DNA from: an uncultured delta proteobacterium
Lineage (GTDB): Bacteria; Desulfobacterota; Binatia; Binatales; Binataceae
Assembly: GCA_963850125.1 (NCBI GenBank)
Contig: CAWKKB010000014.1
Location: forward strand, 97,284-161,283
Length of the DNA: 64,000 bases
Direction: 5' to 3'
Positions 54,519 through 63,768 of the stretch are shown here, piece after piece. The translations under genes and the position numbers were made by a program. The notes under the pieces are model-generated. The model was given only the letters and a program-made list of their open reading frames with translations, did no database searches and was not told the origin of the DNA. The stretch's first letter is position 1. Every line of letters starts with the position of its first letter.

Positions 54519-57500
54519 TCACCCACTCCCGCCGAAAATTCCGCCCAACCATGATACCAATCGCGACAAGCGCTCCGGGAAAGCCGCACCGAGCAGAACC
54601 GCCAACGGCAACAAGGCGTGCGTGGCGAGATTCATAATCAGCGATACGTTCCAACTGGTCCTTCCCGGCGTCGTTCCGGAGATCAAGCTTATCACTCGAT
54701 CGCGATTCGCCGACACGAACATCCAGACCATCGCCCCCACCGTCACGACCACCACCGCCCAACTGAACCAGAGCAGCCGGTCCAACGTCGGGAACGGATA
54801 AGAACTGATCGCGAAGAGCATCAGGAGCATCGCGACGGTCGTCGAGAATGCCAGCGCCTGGAGCTGCGGCATCACTTGCCGGAGCCAATCCACTACGCGG
54901 CTGGCGACGTAGACCTCGCCGTAGTCCAGCGGCGTCGGCGCGTCATCCTTTGCTTTTGACTGTGGCGATGGCAGTGTCCCACCCCGCCAGGAAGGCTCGT
55001 AAACCTTCGCGACGGTTTTGGACAGCGTGGACATATAGTCTTCGGCCTCGCGCTTGAACTGGATCTCATCGCGCCAACGCGACTGCCCGTATGCCGCCAT
55101 CACGGATCCCAGTTTCTGCTCGGTGCTCACGAGCCAGTTCGACAGGGAATCACGCACCGCGCCGACTCGCGCAGCGAATTCGCGAGCCGACTCCGCAGCC
55201 GAGACGCTCGCAGCGATCATCCTGCGTACCTGTGCCAGGCCGATTTCGAAAGCGGTAAGGCTCGGCGCCGACGAGAGAAGATCAACGCTGGTTTCCTGTC
55301 CGGCGGGAATTTCGTTGCGGAATTTTTCGTAACCGGGCCGGCTAGGATGCCAATACAGGCGCCGCAGCAGGCGCCGAGTCGAAAGCCAAACCGCGATCAA
55401 CTTGAAGACCGCGTACGCGATTCCCAGGTAGGCGAAGATTGAGATTACGAAAAACAAACCAGCGAAGAATTTTCCGTCGAGAGGCTGTCTGCTGCCTTTC
55501 CAGTACAGCGCGGTGTATATCCCGGTCATTACCACCGTCGCCAACCATAATGCTGGCGATTCAAGTACGATGCGCGCGAGCACCCGGCGCACGTGTGTTT
55601 CCAAATCGGCTACCCCGCTGAAGGAAGGCGTCTCAAAATCGAGAAATGGCGTCAGCACCTGGCGCGATTCCCTCAGGCGCGTTCGACGTAATGCCCCCAG
55701 GCACAGCGAGAGCAAGGCGCCCAGCGCGAACAACACGGGTGTCAGGGGAGAGACCCTGCTGCCCAGGCTGGAAGCGCGAAACGCCAGCAGGACGGCGGGC
55801 GTGTCATCGGGACTCGGTACCTGCGGGGCGTAGAACCGGTCGGGTGAAACGTAGTACATGACGACGGCCAGCTCGATGATCAACAAAAACAGGATGGCGG
55901 CCTGGTAGACGCGGCGCTCGATGCGCCCTTCGTCGAACGTCGCGCCCGCGAAAAACTGTTCGACCGAAGCCGGTAACATTCCGGGTCTCAGACCTTCGAT
56001 CGCCCACAAAGAGCCGAGCAACAGCGCCACGCCCAGCAACGCCAACTGGACAAGCATCAATCGCGAGGCTGCGGGCCATCCCGGCCATATGTAAGTCGGG
56101 GAATAGGCTGACGACCAGCTCGCGCGCTTATAGACGTAGTGGTCGTCGTCCGCGACCCTGAGCGGCGCCAGTGGCCATAGGCCGCCCCTGCCAATCACCG
56201 TGATCCAGGGTGGAGGGATTCGCGAGTCCGCATCAAACGGATCGCCGTAGTCGAGCAATTCCTTGTCGCCGCCGAGAAGAGCCACCGTGGCGTTGTAGAC
56301 GCCTTCAGCAGTATCGGATGGAAATTGGACCCGGCGCTGCGCACCCCAGAACGGGTTCGTCCACACCTGGTTGGCGGTGAACAGAGGATAGGTGGTGGCG
56401 ACAAAGACTCCCTGCAATTGTGGATTGACCTGGCTGTGGAGGAACAGAACGCTGGCATTGAGCGAGATCAGCATCACGTTGGGGCTCGAGTTGCGCACTT
56501 CGTTGGCGAGGAAAACGGTGTCTTCGACGTTTGAGGCGGCAATGATCACGCAACCGACCCGCTGCTGCTTGATCGACTCGAGCAACTGGTCGAGCACCAG
56601 TTCGATCGTGTTGATCTCTGACGCCGAGTAAATCGGGACTATGTCCCTGCGCTCGCGGCTGGCGGAGGAAGCGAAGGGCAGGTCCGGGTTCTGGAACACT
56701 CCAGCCAACGAATTTGCGGCGATAGCGTGCGCGCTGGCGCCTTGCCTGGCTTTCTCCAGTTCCGAGATGTGGATCGGAAAGTTGAGTGAGAGCGCAGCCG
56801 CGAAGGAGCCCAATCGTTGCGTTAAAACGAAAGCGCGAACACCGTCGCCGTAGCCGGTGTTGGACTCGGCGAGAATCGCAACTCTTTCGCCAGATCTGGA
56901 TCCCAGTCCACGCTTCTGAATCCAGTCGGATAGTCCAGAGAGAGCGGCTTTATCGGAGATGATCGTCGCCTTGAAATCGATATTGTCCGAGTCGTGGAAT
57001 CCCTTCTGATCGATGCTGGTCGCGCTCCCGGAGATCATCCGGATCTTCGCCGCGCTGCAATTTGTGGCCCCCACGCCGACACTGCCTTGTGAGCGCCAGT
57101 CATGGATTGCATACGCAATCGAGTCCTCCGAACCCGAGAACGCCGGTCCCATGATGTTGATCGGCGGCGGCGGGCAGTTGTTGCCGCAATCAGCGGCGTG
57201 AAGCGAGGAAACGAACGCATTGCGCAGCTCGCACGACTGCTGGAGCGCTTTGCGAAGAGCTGGCTTGTGAATGCCGGAGGTCGGTGTCTCACCGACCACA
57301 AAAACCACGAGCAAGCGATGCCTATAATCGTCGCGGAACAGGAGCACACCAGGCTCCGACCTCAGCACCGGTTTGCCGCCCGGTGGCGGCGGGTTGTCCG
57401 GCGTCGGTTCGGTGTCATCGGATTGATCGATCTCGGCATTGCCTCCGCTCGCCGCGCGCTCCACGGGCGTCGGCCAGGGCAGCTTGAAGCGATCGAGCAC

Positions 57501-57887
57501 GTACCCTTCTGCCTCTGCGGCACGCTGAATAGCATCGATGTCATCGTCGAGCTTGACGCTGAAGCCGGTCTCGATTGGATCGGGCAGCGTCGCAATGATC
57601 GAATCCACGGAGTATTTGAACCTCGGATCGCTCGGGCTCTCTATGAATCTGCGGAACGCTTCCTTCGGACCCACCGTCACTTGGATGTCCTGGCCGTACA
57701 GGAATTGTTTCAGGATCTCTGTGGCAGAGTACCCTGACGCGCTGGCGGAAGGGCTCGCCGCCGGCGGCGATTGCGTTGCCGCGGCGACGGACGAGGACTT
57801 GCCGGCTGCGCCGGGCGCCATCAAGGTCGTAGAGCCGCCGATCGTTGCCAGCAGGACGATGGCGAGGGCGAGGTTTCCGCGTGCCAT
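54519..57887 (-). CDS. Large orphan membrane protein: signal peptide + PBP1 (LIVBP/ANF-receptor)-like extracytoplasmic domain + polytopic C-terminal half
   Basis: MARGNLALAIVLLATIGGSTTLMAPGAAG. PBP1-like strand/loop pattern: LLVVFVVGETPTSG, IMGPAFSGSEDSIAYAI, IRMISGSATS, VAILAESNTGYGDG. Then about 8-10 hydrophobic helices. No known output domain seen. Confidence 0.75.
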   Translation of the reverse strand: MARGNLALAIVLLATIGGSTTLMAPGAAGKSSSVAAATQSPPAASPSASASGYSATEILKQFLYGQDIQVTVGPKEAFRRFIESPSDPRFKYSVDSIIATLPDPIETGFSVKLDDDIDAIQRAAEAEGYVLDRFKLPWPTPVERAASGGNAEIDQSDDTEPTPDNPPPPGGKPVLRSEPGVLLFRDDYRHRLLVVFVVGETPTSGIHKPALRKALQQSCELRNAFVSSLHAADCGNNCPPPPINIMGPAFSGSEDSIAYAIHDWRSQGSVGVGATNCSAAKIRMISGSATSIDQKGFHDSDNIDFKATIISDKAALSGLSDWIQKRGLGSRSGERVAILAESNTGYGDGVRAFVLTQRLGSFAAALSLNFPIHISELEKARQGASAHAIAANSLAGVFQNPDLPFASSASRERRDIVPIYSASEINTIELVLDQLLESIKQQRVGCVIIAASNVEDTVFLANEVRNSSPNVMLISLNASVLFLHSQVNPQLQGVFVATTYPLFTANQVWTNPFWGAQRRVQFPSDTAEGVYNATVALLGGDKELLDYGDPFDADSRIPPPWITVIGRGGLWPLAPLRVADDDHYVYKRASWSSAYSPTYIWPGWPAASRLMLVQLALLGVALLLGSLWAIEGLRPGMLPASVEQFFAGATFDEGRIERRVYQAAILFLLIIELAVVMYYVSPDRFYAPQVPSPDDTPAVLLAFRASSLGSRVSPLTPVLFALGALLSLCLGALRRTRLRESRQVLTPFLDFETPSFSGVADLETHVRRVLARIVLESPALWLATVVMTGIYTALYWKGSRQPLDGKFFAGLFFVISIFAYLGIAYAVFKLIAVWLSTRRLLRRLYWHPSRPGYEKFRNEIPAGQETSVDLLSSAPSLTAFEIGLAQVRRMIAASVSAAESAREFAARVGAVRDSLSNWLVSTEQKLGSVMAAYGQSRWRDEIQFKREAEDYMSTLSKTVAKVYEPSWRGGTLPSPQSKAKDDAPTPLDYGEVYVASRVVDWLRQVMPQLQALAFSTTVAMLLMLFAISSYPFPTLDRLLWFSWAVVVVTVGAMVWMFVSANRDRVISLISGTTPGRTSWNVSLIMNLATHALLPLAVLLGAAFPERLSRLVSWLGGIFGGSG

Positions 57888-58350
57888 ATCGGTGCACAAT
57901 CCTCCGATCGTTCGCGCGGCCGCACCCGGGACTGAGTTTTAAGTCGGTGAGCGCAGTTAAATCATTTCGAACAGCCCTAACCCGGATACAACAAAGTGTC
58001 GCGCATCCCGACTTATAGGCAGCCGAGGTGCTTAAGTACAGATCGCTTCCGGCACGTCCTAATGGAGATGCCCTGCGTAGACCGGATCTGATTCCTGATT
58101 GCAAACGGCCACGCAATAACGGTTCCCGTCGTTGTCATCGGCGCTGGCTGCCGGGGGGAGCTTTGACATCGGCTTGCCGGCCTGATGCTGTGGCTGCGCA
58201 AAGCTTCATCTCGTATGAGATTCTGCGCTGCGGTGAGTACGTTTTCGTCGTCACCGCCAAACGTGTGTGTGGCGAATTGCTGATTATGGCGGAATTCACT
58301 GTTGAAGTGCAGACTTGTGATTCATTCGCACGCGGTTAAAGTTCGCTTTA

Positions 58351-58660
58351 ATGAGTTTGCTGTTCAGCTTGATCGCCCACTTGCTGGTGACCCTCGCGCG
58401 GCTGGCCAGGCCGGGCGGTCTTGGCGCAGTTGCGGCAGAATCGCTGGCGGTCAAACATCAATTGCTTATCCTGAGGCGTGCGCCGTACCTGACTTCGCCC
58501 AATTGCCGCATGAATTTCGCCACAGACAGGGTGAACGATTGACTGAAGGCGAGCTGATGTACCGGTGGGACTCCGGTTGCGGCGCATCATTCGTGTGAAT
58601 CCTAACGGAGGCGATTGTCGTGCAGGTCTAGACTTACATCGAGCCATGCGTCTCAGGTGA
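58351..58660 (+). mobile_element. Remnant of an rve-integrase-type IS transposase (N-terminal about 100 aa, multiple stops and frameshifts)
   Basis: SLLFSLIAHLLVTLARLARPGGLGAVAAESLAVKHQLLILRR resembles the N-terminus of this transposase class. Downstream, AIVVQV-stop-TYIE in another frame resembles the IVxPxTLxRWH segment. Confidence 0.45.
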
Positions 58661-58687
58661 TAGTCCTGATACCGGGTCTTGCTGCTC

Positions 58688-59410
58688 ATGAAAAATCATA
58701 GCGCATCCGCGAACTATCGAAGCCTCGTAATCACACTCCTGGCTGGCGCAATCGCCGTGGCAATAATAGTGTCTGGATGCGCCGTCGCATCGCCGCCCAT
58801 CGCGCATACCCCGAACGTCGTTGCGAATCCCCAGCAAGGCGAGTTGGCCATGACCGCCACCGCAGCACCTGACGTCGGCGATGTTATCCCGGTCTATGTG
58901 TCGGTTGCCAGCGGCAACGACGATCCGCACGCCGTTGTGCCAACTCAGGTCTTTGCCGTGAACGACTCGGGCCAACGCGTCGCGCCGCTGGCGCCTGCTG
59001 AGGCAGCCCGTCAGGCAGGCAGCGCGAAGGAGCTGTCAAGCGCGGTGCAAAGCGCAGCGATCAGCGGTGCCGGGGGCGCGGCCTTGGGAGCAGCTACGGG
59101 AGCTGTGGCCGGAGTCGCTGGTAATGCAGGAGGTTTGGGCTTTGGATCGGCGGGCGCGGGCGCTTTAATCGGCGCTGCGTTCGGCAGCGCTTACGGCCTT
59201 ATCAGTGGCGCTCAAAAAGGCCAATCACTAGCGGACGATCAGGCCAATAAGCAGATCGGCGCGGTCGCACTCAAACCTGAGGAAGTGCGCAAGGACTTCA
59301 GGGTGAGCGGCTACGTCTTCTTTCCTAAGGGCAAATACAAGAAGGTGGAGATGCTGCTCGTCAATCGCGATACAGGAGACACCGTAGTCCTGCGCGGACC
59401 GTGGCAATGA
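58688..59410 (+). CDS. Lipoprotein with central glycine-zipper segment
   Basis: MKNHSASANYRSLVITLLAGAIAVAIIVSGC lipobox. Gly-zipper: AISGAGGAALGAATGAVAGVAGNAGGLGFGSAGAGALIGAAFGSAYGLISGA. Apparently intact between IS remnants. Confidence 0.7.
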   Translation: MKNHSASANYRSLVITLLAGAIAVAIIVSGCAVASPPIAHTPNVVANPQQGELAMTATAAPDVGDVIPVYVSVASGNDDPHAVVPTQVFAVNDSGQRVAPLAPAEAARQAGSAKELSSAVQSAAISGAGGAALGAATGAVAGVAGNAGGLGFGSAGAGALIGAAFGSAYGLISGAQKGQSLADDQANKQIGAVALKPEEVRKDFRVSGYVFFPKGKYKKVEMLLVNRDTGDTVVLRGPWQ

Positions 59411-59491
59411 GACCGCGCGCTTAACGGTATCGACGAGATACTCGCGAGCGTCATCCTCCGCGAGAGATGTTCTTGGCGAGTATATCGAGGT

Positions 59492-59638
59492 AAGTGCCAC
59501 AAATGACGGGTGCCGCAATCGATCCTCAAGCGTCCACTCCAGGAAATCGATGGCGACCACGATGCGCGGTTTGAGCCAACGGCATTGCGCCATCTTCTCA
59601 GCCGTGATCCCCGAACCCCAACGGCCTTTTGTGGCATC
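59492..59638 (-). pseudogene. C-terminal fragment of an ATP-dependent DNA ligase (OB-fold end)
   Basis: My translation: DATKGRWGSGITAEKMAQCRWLKPRIVVAIDFLEWTLEDRLRHPSFVAL. This is the conserved ligase tail (RWG.GLT.EKM..C.W.KP..V..V.F.EWT....LRHP.F). Nothing ligase-like lies upstream. Confidence 0.55.
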
Positions 59639-59735
59639 GGGCAGGTTGGAGAACGGACAGTCGTCCGTTTCCTGTCGCTACCGAAAACCTCGTCCGCGGT
59701 GACTGAGTGCGATAGCTGTGCTAGTGCGGGGCGCA

Positions 59736-60178
59736 ATGTTTGCGCTCCTGGCCAAAATCCTGCTCGACGTACGTTGCCGTATGAAATCACGGGCGAGACT
59801 CGAGGCCGACTGTTCTGGCGTTGGCGTTCGAGATCCGGGCGGCCGTCGATGGATCGGAAGATTCGTGATCTGATTCGGCAGATGAGCGGCTCTAATCCGC
59901 TCTGGGGTGCACCTCGGATCCATGGCGAGCTGCTCATTGCTGGGCATCGATGTCAGTCAGGCTACGGTCTTAAAGTATATGGTCCGAAGACGAGGTGGGC
60001 CTTCCCCCCAATCTGGCGCAGTTTCCTCCGCAATCAGGTCGAGGGCATCGACGCGATCGATATGTTTGTCGTGGCGTCCGCTTCGTTTCGGCTGCTGTAC
60101 GTCGTAATCATTCTGGCACACGATCGAAGGAACATCGTACGCACGGCTGTAACCGAGCATCCGACTGCCGCTGTCTGA
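59736..60178 (+). mobile_element. Second rve-type IS transposase remnant (internal deletion, frameshifts, 3' truncation)
   Basis: MFALLAKILLDVRCRMKSRARLEAD, then RLFWRWRSRSGRPSMDRKIRDLIRQMSGSNPLWGAPRIHGELL. LLGIDVSQATVLKYMVRRRGGPSPQ continues in another frame, then WRSFLRNQVEGIDAIDMFVV..ASFRLLYVVIILAHDRRNIVRTAVTEHPTAA-stop. Confidence 0.7.
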
Positions 60179-60191
60179 GGACCTATGTCTC

Positions 60192-60320
60192 GGAGAATTT
60201 TTCGATCTCGATCAGCTCGGCGAGCACAACCAGGAAGTTCTAACAAATTACCTGGGATACGCGCCCGCTCGCGTGAATGCGCTGTACGAGAAAGGAGTTA
60301 TTCGCAAAGGCCTGGCCTGA
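60192..60320 (+). pseudogene. C-terminal 42-aa fragment of a class III CoA-transferase
   Basis: GEFFDLDQLGEHNQEVLTNYLGYAPARVNALYEKGVIRKGLA-stop, the typical CaiB/BaiF tail. It directly abuts the truncated IS remnant. Confidence 0.55.
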
Positions 60321-60358
60321 AACCAACTGATTTCTAGGACATCGAGTTTGAGCTTGAA

Positions 60359-60799
60359 TCAATTGGCACGGGCCTTCATCGCGATGCCCGTCACCGCCCA
60401 ACCGTAGTTCCGGACGCGCCAGCCGCCTGCATGCTTCACGAGCACGAAGGCCCAGCCGCCGGTTTCGATGAATGAGCTTGTGCCGATTGTGCCTCGCCAG
60501 GTCGTAGGCAGGGAAAGGAACGCAAGCTCACCGTCCAGATGAAAATCGTGCGGGTCGCCGAAAGAATGTCGGAGATCCTTGATATTTTTCGCATGCTCCG
60601 CGAAACCCTTCGCCCAGCGCGCAACTGCATCGTCGCCCTCGAAAACGTACGGCGGGAAATTCTCGATCAGCACGACCTCCCCGCCCGCGAAGGCACCGTT
60701 GAGAAACTGGGAATCGAGAGTTTCCATGAACCGCGCGATCCGCTCGATCGGCGTCATAATCTCCATATCCGGACGTTCGCCAGCCACGCCTGACCTCAT
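60359..60799 (-). CDS. NTF2-like (SnoaL/DUF4440-like) small protein
   Basis: IERIARFMETLDSQFLNGAFAGGEVVLIENFPPYVFEGDDAVARWAKGF......LPTTWRGT..........GGWAFVLVKHAGGWRVRNYGW fits an alpha+beta cone pattern. The start is uncertain (60799, 60766 or 60757). Confidence 0.55.
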   Translation of the reverse strand: MRSGVAGERPDMEIMTPIERIARFMETLDSQFLNGAFAGGEVVLIENFPPYVFEGDDAVARWAKGFAEHAKNIKDLRHSFGDPHDFHLDGELAFLSLPTTWRGTIGTSSFIETGGWAFVLVKHAGGWRVRNYGWAVTGIAMKARAN

Positions 60800-61008
60800 A
60801 GTACTACCGCCTTTTGTAAATACTGCGCATGCTCGCGCATTTTCTTTGCTCTGAGGGCACCGGGAGAGGCGTAGATTCGGCCGTCAGTAGCTGATCTATG
60901 CTCGATTCTCTCTAGCGAGAGTCGAGTTGCTGCCCCTTCGGCTAAATCCCGACAGGCCCGCACTTCTTGTCTGCTCCCTTGTCATTCCGAGCCGAGGCTC
61001 TGACCAGC

Positions 61009-61456
61009 TCAGCTGTCAGCATCTTCAGAACGTCGCCGGTCGCCCTGATCCTGACCTTCCCAGACTTGGGAAAGTAACAGACCTCGTCCGGCTTGTTCTC
61101 GCCAGCGTGAAGAAGGTGCAGACCGCGTCGGTATGGTTGACAAGGTGATGGCCCGCGCGCCGGCCGGGAAGCAGCAGTAGTCGCCCTCCTTCAGCACATA
61201 CGAATTGTTTCCGAGATGCAGTGTCGCGGAGCCCTTGAGGATGAAGATGTGTTCCTCTTCCATGAGGTGATAGTGGAATTGATTCGAGTACTCTCCCGGT
61301 TCCAGTTCATCGATTCCGGTGCCGACGTGCGTACCCGGCTTATCAGCCCAGCCGCTTGAATCGATCCGATCCCGGGATCTGCTCCCAAGGAATGTCCTCG
61401 ATGTTGAACGGCTCGAAACTCCCCTCGCTGTTCTTTGACCCGGTCTTGTTCGCCAT
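61009..61456 (-). pseudogene. Cupin-domain gene with at least three frameshifts
   Basis: Minus strand from ATG 61456: MANKTGSKNSEGSFEPFNIEDIPWEQIPGSDRFKRLG-stop. This is followed by KPGTHVGTGIDELEPGEYSNQFHYHLMEEEHIFILKGSATLHLGNNSYVLKEGDYCCFPAG, then GHHLVNHTDAVCTFFTL, then GENKPDEVCYFPKSGKVRIRATG, each in a different frame. Confidence 0.65.
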
Positions 61457-61536
61457 AATCCTGACTCTTTGGCGATGTGCGTAACAGAGCCGCCGCCCTG
61501 TCGCCAGCCCTAGATCGGGGGTTGGCTCATAATACC

Positions 61537-61800
61537 TTCGATCTCGATGTTCGCTCGATCATCCTCACGGGCTCCTCCGCAGCGATCAAAGGTACTCTAC
61601 GGCGCGACCAAGGCCGCGCTCCGTTCCTTCCTGCGGACCTGGACCTCGGATTTCAACGATCGTCACATTCGGTCAAATGTCGTCAGCCCGGGCCCGACCC
61701 GACACCCGTCGCCTTTCCGCAGCATGGTGCCCCTTCGCGCGGCCAGGTGGTACAAGATCGGCTGGTCACCTGGCTCCCGGGTGATCTGATAGCGTTGCTC
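61537..61800 (+). pseudogene. SDR oxidoreductase fragment (C-terminal half only, frameshifted)
   Basis: IILTGSSAAIKG in one frame and LYGATKAALRSFLRTWTSDFNDRHIRSNVVSPGPT (YxxxK) in another. No Rossmann N-terminus. Confidence 0.55.
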
Positions 61801-63673
61801 GAACTGCGGCTCAGAAAACCTCGACAGTGCGAAATTCTGCGATGGGTGCGCAGCACCGTTCCCACTCCAATGCCCTTTATGCGGGGTATCGAATAGAAAC
61901 GAGCGCAAAGTTCTGCATCGAGTGCGCGGCTCCGCTCGGAGGCGTCCGTGGGGGACAAGGTCCTCTCGAGCAGCTCAACCGGTACTTCCTGAAAAGGACC
62001 CCATCGCACGCGTATCGACCGCTTGCCCGCTCCGGAGAAAGAGCTGCTACAGACGCTCGCGATGATTGGTGTGGATTTCCCTGTAGGCCGGGTGAGACGC
62101 ACCATCCAAAAGAGCGACGGCGAACTGGAGCGGGAGTTGACGCATCTCCAGTTTGGCGAGTTCATCTACGAGCAGCCGACGTCTGGCGATGTCGAATATA
62201 GCTTCAAGCACGCATTGACTCAGGAAGTTGCCTACCATTCGATATTGGCCGAGCGGCGCAAGAAGATTCACCAGCGGGTCGGCGGCGCAATCGAGGAGCT
62301 TTATCAAGGGCGGCTCGAGGAGCATCTGGCGGAACTCGCGCATCACTACCGGCGCAGTCCAGATACCGAGAAGGCCATAGGGTATCTGAAGCGAGCTGCC
62401 GACCAGGCCGCGCAGCGTTCTTCCGCCGTCGAGGCGGAACCGCAATATCGCGATGCCATATCCATCATCAAAGACCTACCGGCGACGGCCGAGCGAGATC
62501 GCCTTGAGCTCGGAGTCCAATTGGGTCTGAGCGAGGTGTTGATCGGCAAAGGGTGGGGCGTCTCAGTGCGCGAAGAGCCGTTGATTCGAGCGACGGAACT
62601 ATCTGATCGCGTTGGTGATCGACTGGAATTGCTCAAACTCTTGTTTCAGAGCGCGCAGCTTTATCTCCAGCGGCTGCGTTGGGAGGAAGCGCGGCAGCTA
62701 GCCGAGCGCGCAATTGCTTTGGCCCAGAGCATCGGTGATCAGATTCAGGAAGCAGGTGCCTGGCACAACCTGGCCGAGTCCTGTTTTTGGAGCGGAGATT
62801 TAGTCGCTACGAAAGAGTGGTGCGAAAAGGCGTTGGGACTGCTCGCGGACGTGCCGCTTGAGTTGCTCGTGTCGTCGTTCGGTCATGATCTGTGGATGAT
62901 CACCTCGCATATTGCGGGAATCGTCGAGTTGATACTCGGTAGGCCGGACTGCTTGGTTGAGTGGGAGAATCGATTGGTCCAGCGCGCGGAATTGTCTACC
63001 CACATGTACTCAAAGGCGTTAGGGATGGTCGCGGCCAGTTGGATCACGGCAATCAGACGAGACCTCGGCAAAGCAAGAGACCGTGCTCGCATTGGCCGTG
63101 AGATCTGTGAAGAACACGGTTTCGCTGAGCTTCGCAATCTTGCGATTGGATACGAAGGCTACAGCCGATTCTGGCAAGGGGAAAGAGAGGTCGGCCTAGC
63201 CCAACAGAAACGTGCCATCGAGGAGCTCGAAGCTCTCGGCACGCGCAATCGATCATCCTGGCGAATGGCCTTGCTCGCGGAGTCACAGCTCGAACTTGGA
63301 GAGCTGGGCCCGGCAGAGTCGTCGCTCAAGCGAGCATTTGAGATTGTGAAGGAAACCGGAGAGGGCTGGGCCGAGCCGGAAGTGCATCGTGTCATGGCGG
63401 AAATGATTTTGCGCAAACCCGGGGCAGATATGCCGGCAGCGCAACAGCGCTTTGAAGAAGCGGTCGCGATCGCGCGAAAGCAGCGAGGCAAGTGGTGGGA
63501 ACTGCGCGCGACGGTCGGACTCGCGAGGCTGCTCACGAAGCAAGGTCGTCGCGACGAGGCGCATGCGATACTCGCCGAGATCTACGGCTGGTTCACCGAG
63601 GGCTTCGACAACGCCGACCTTTACGGATGCGAGGACGTTGCTCGATCAATTGAGCGGCGGCTCGCCGAGTTGA
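61793..63673 (+). pseudogene. Remnant of a double-zinc-ribbon / (cyclase-AAA deleted) / TPR STAND-type regulator; track ORF 62023..63975 is its C-terminal part read through into the next gene
   Basis: CSNCGSENLDSAKFCDGCAAPF..CPLCG, then a frameshift, then YRIETSAKFCIECAAPLGG, then directly IDRLPAPEKELLQTLAMIG...EYSFKHALTQEVAYHSIL.ERRKKIHQRV...LAHHY and about 500 aa of TPR. The family-type end ADL-TDARTLLDQLSGGSPS-stop (63673) is in another frame after a TTT run. Confidence 0.65.
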
Positions 63674-63768
63674 ACCGGCTGGCCTCGCCGAGCTTTGCTG
63701 CAAATGACAGCGGAGGGTCTCGCCCATCTCGGCTAGACCGCCGACCGAGAAACATCAGAGGCACACCT

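Noticed and set aside
57900-58350. Short ORFs in the 450-bp region upstream of the large membrane-protein gene, for example 58013..58201 (-) and 58028..58339 (+).
   Set aside because: They are mutually overlapping, have no motifs, and are of mixed composition. This is more likely a promoter region or degraded DNA. Some may be further unrecognisable remnants.
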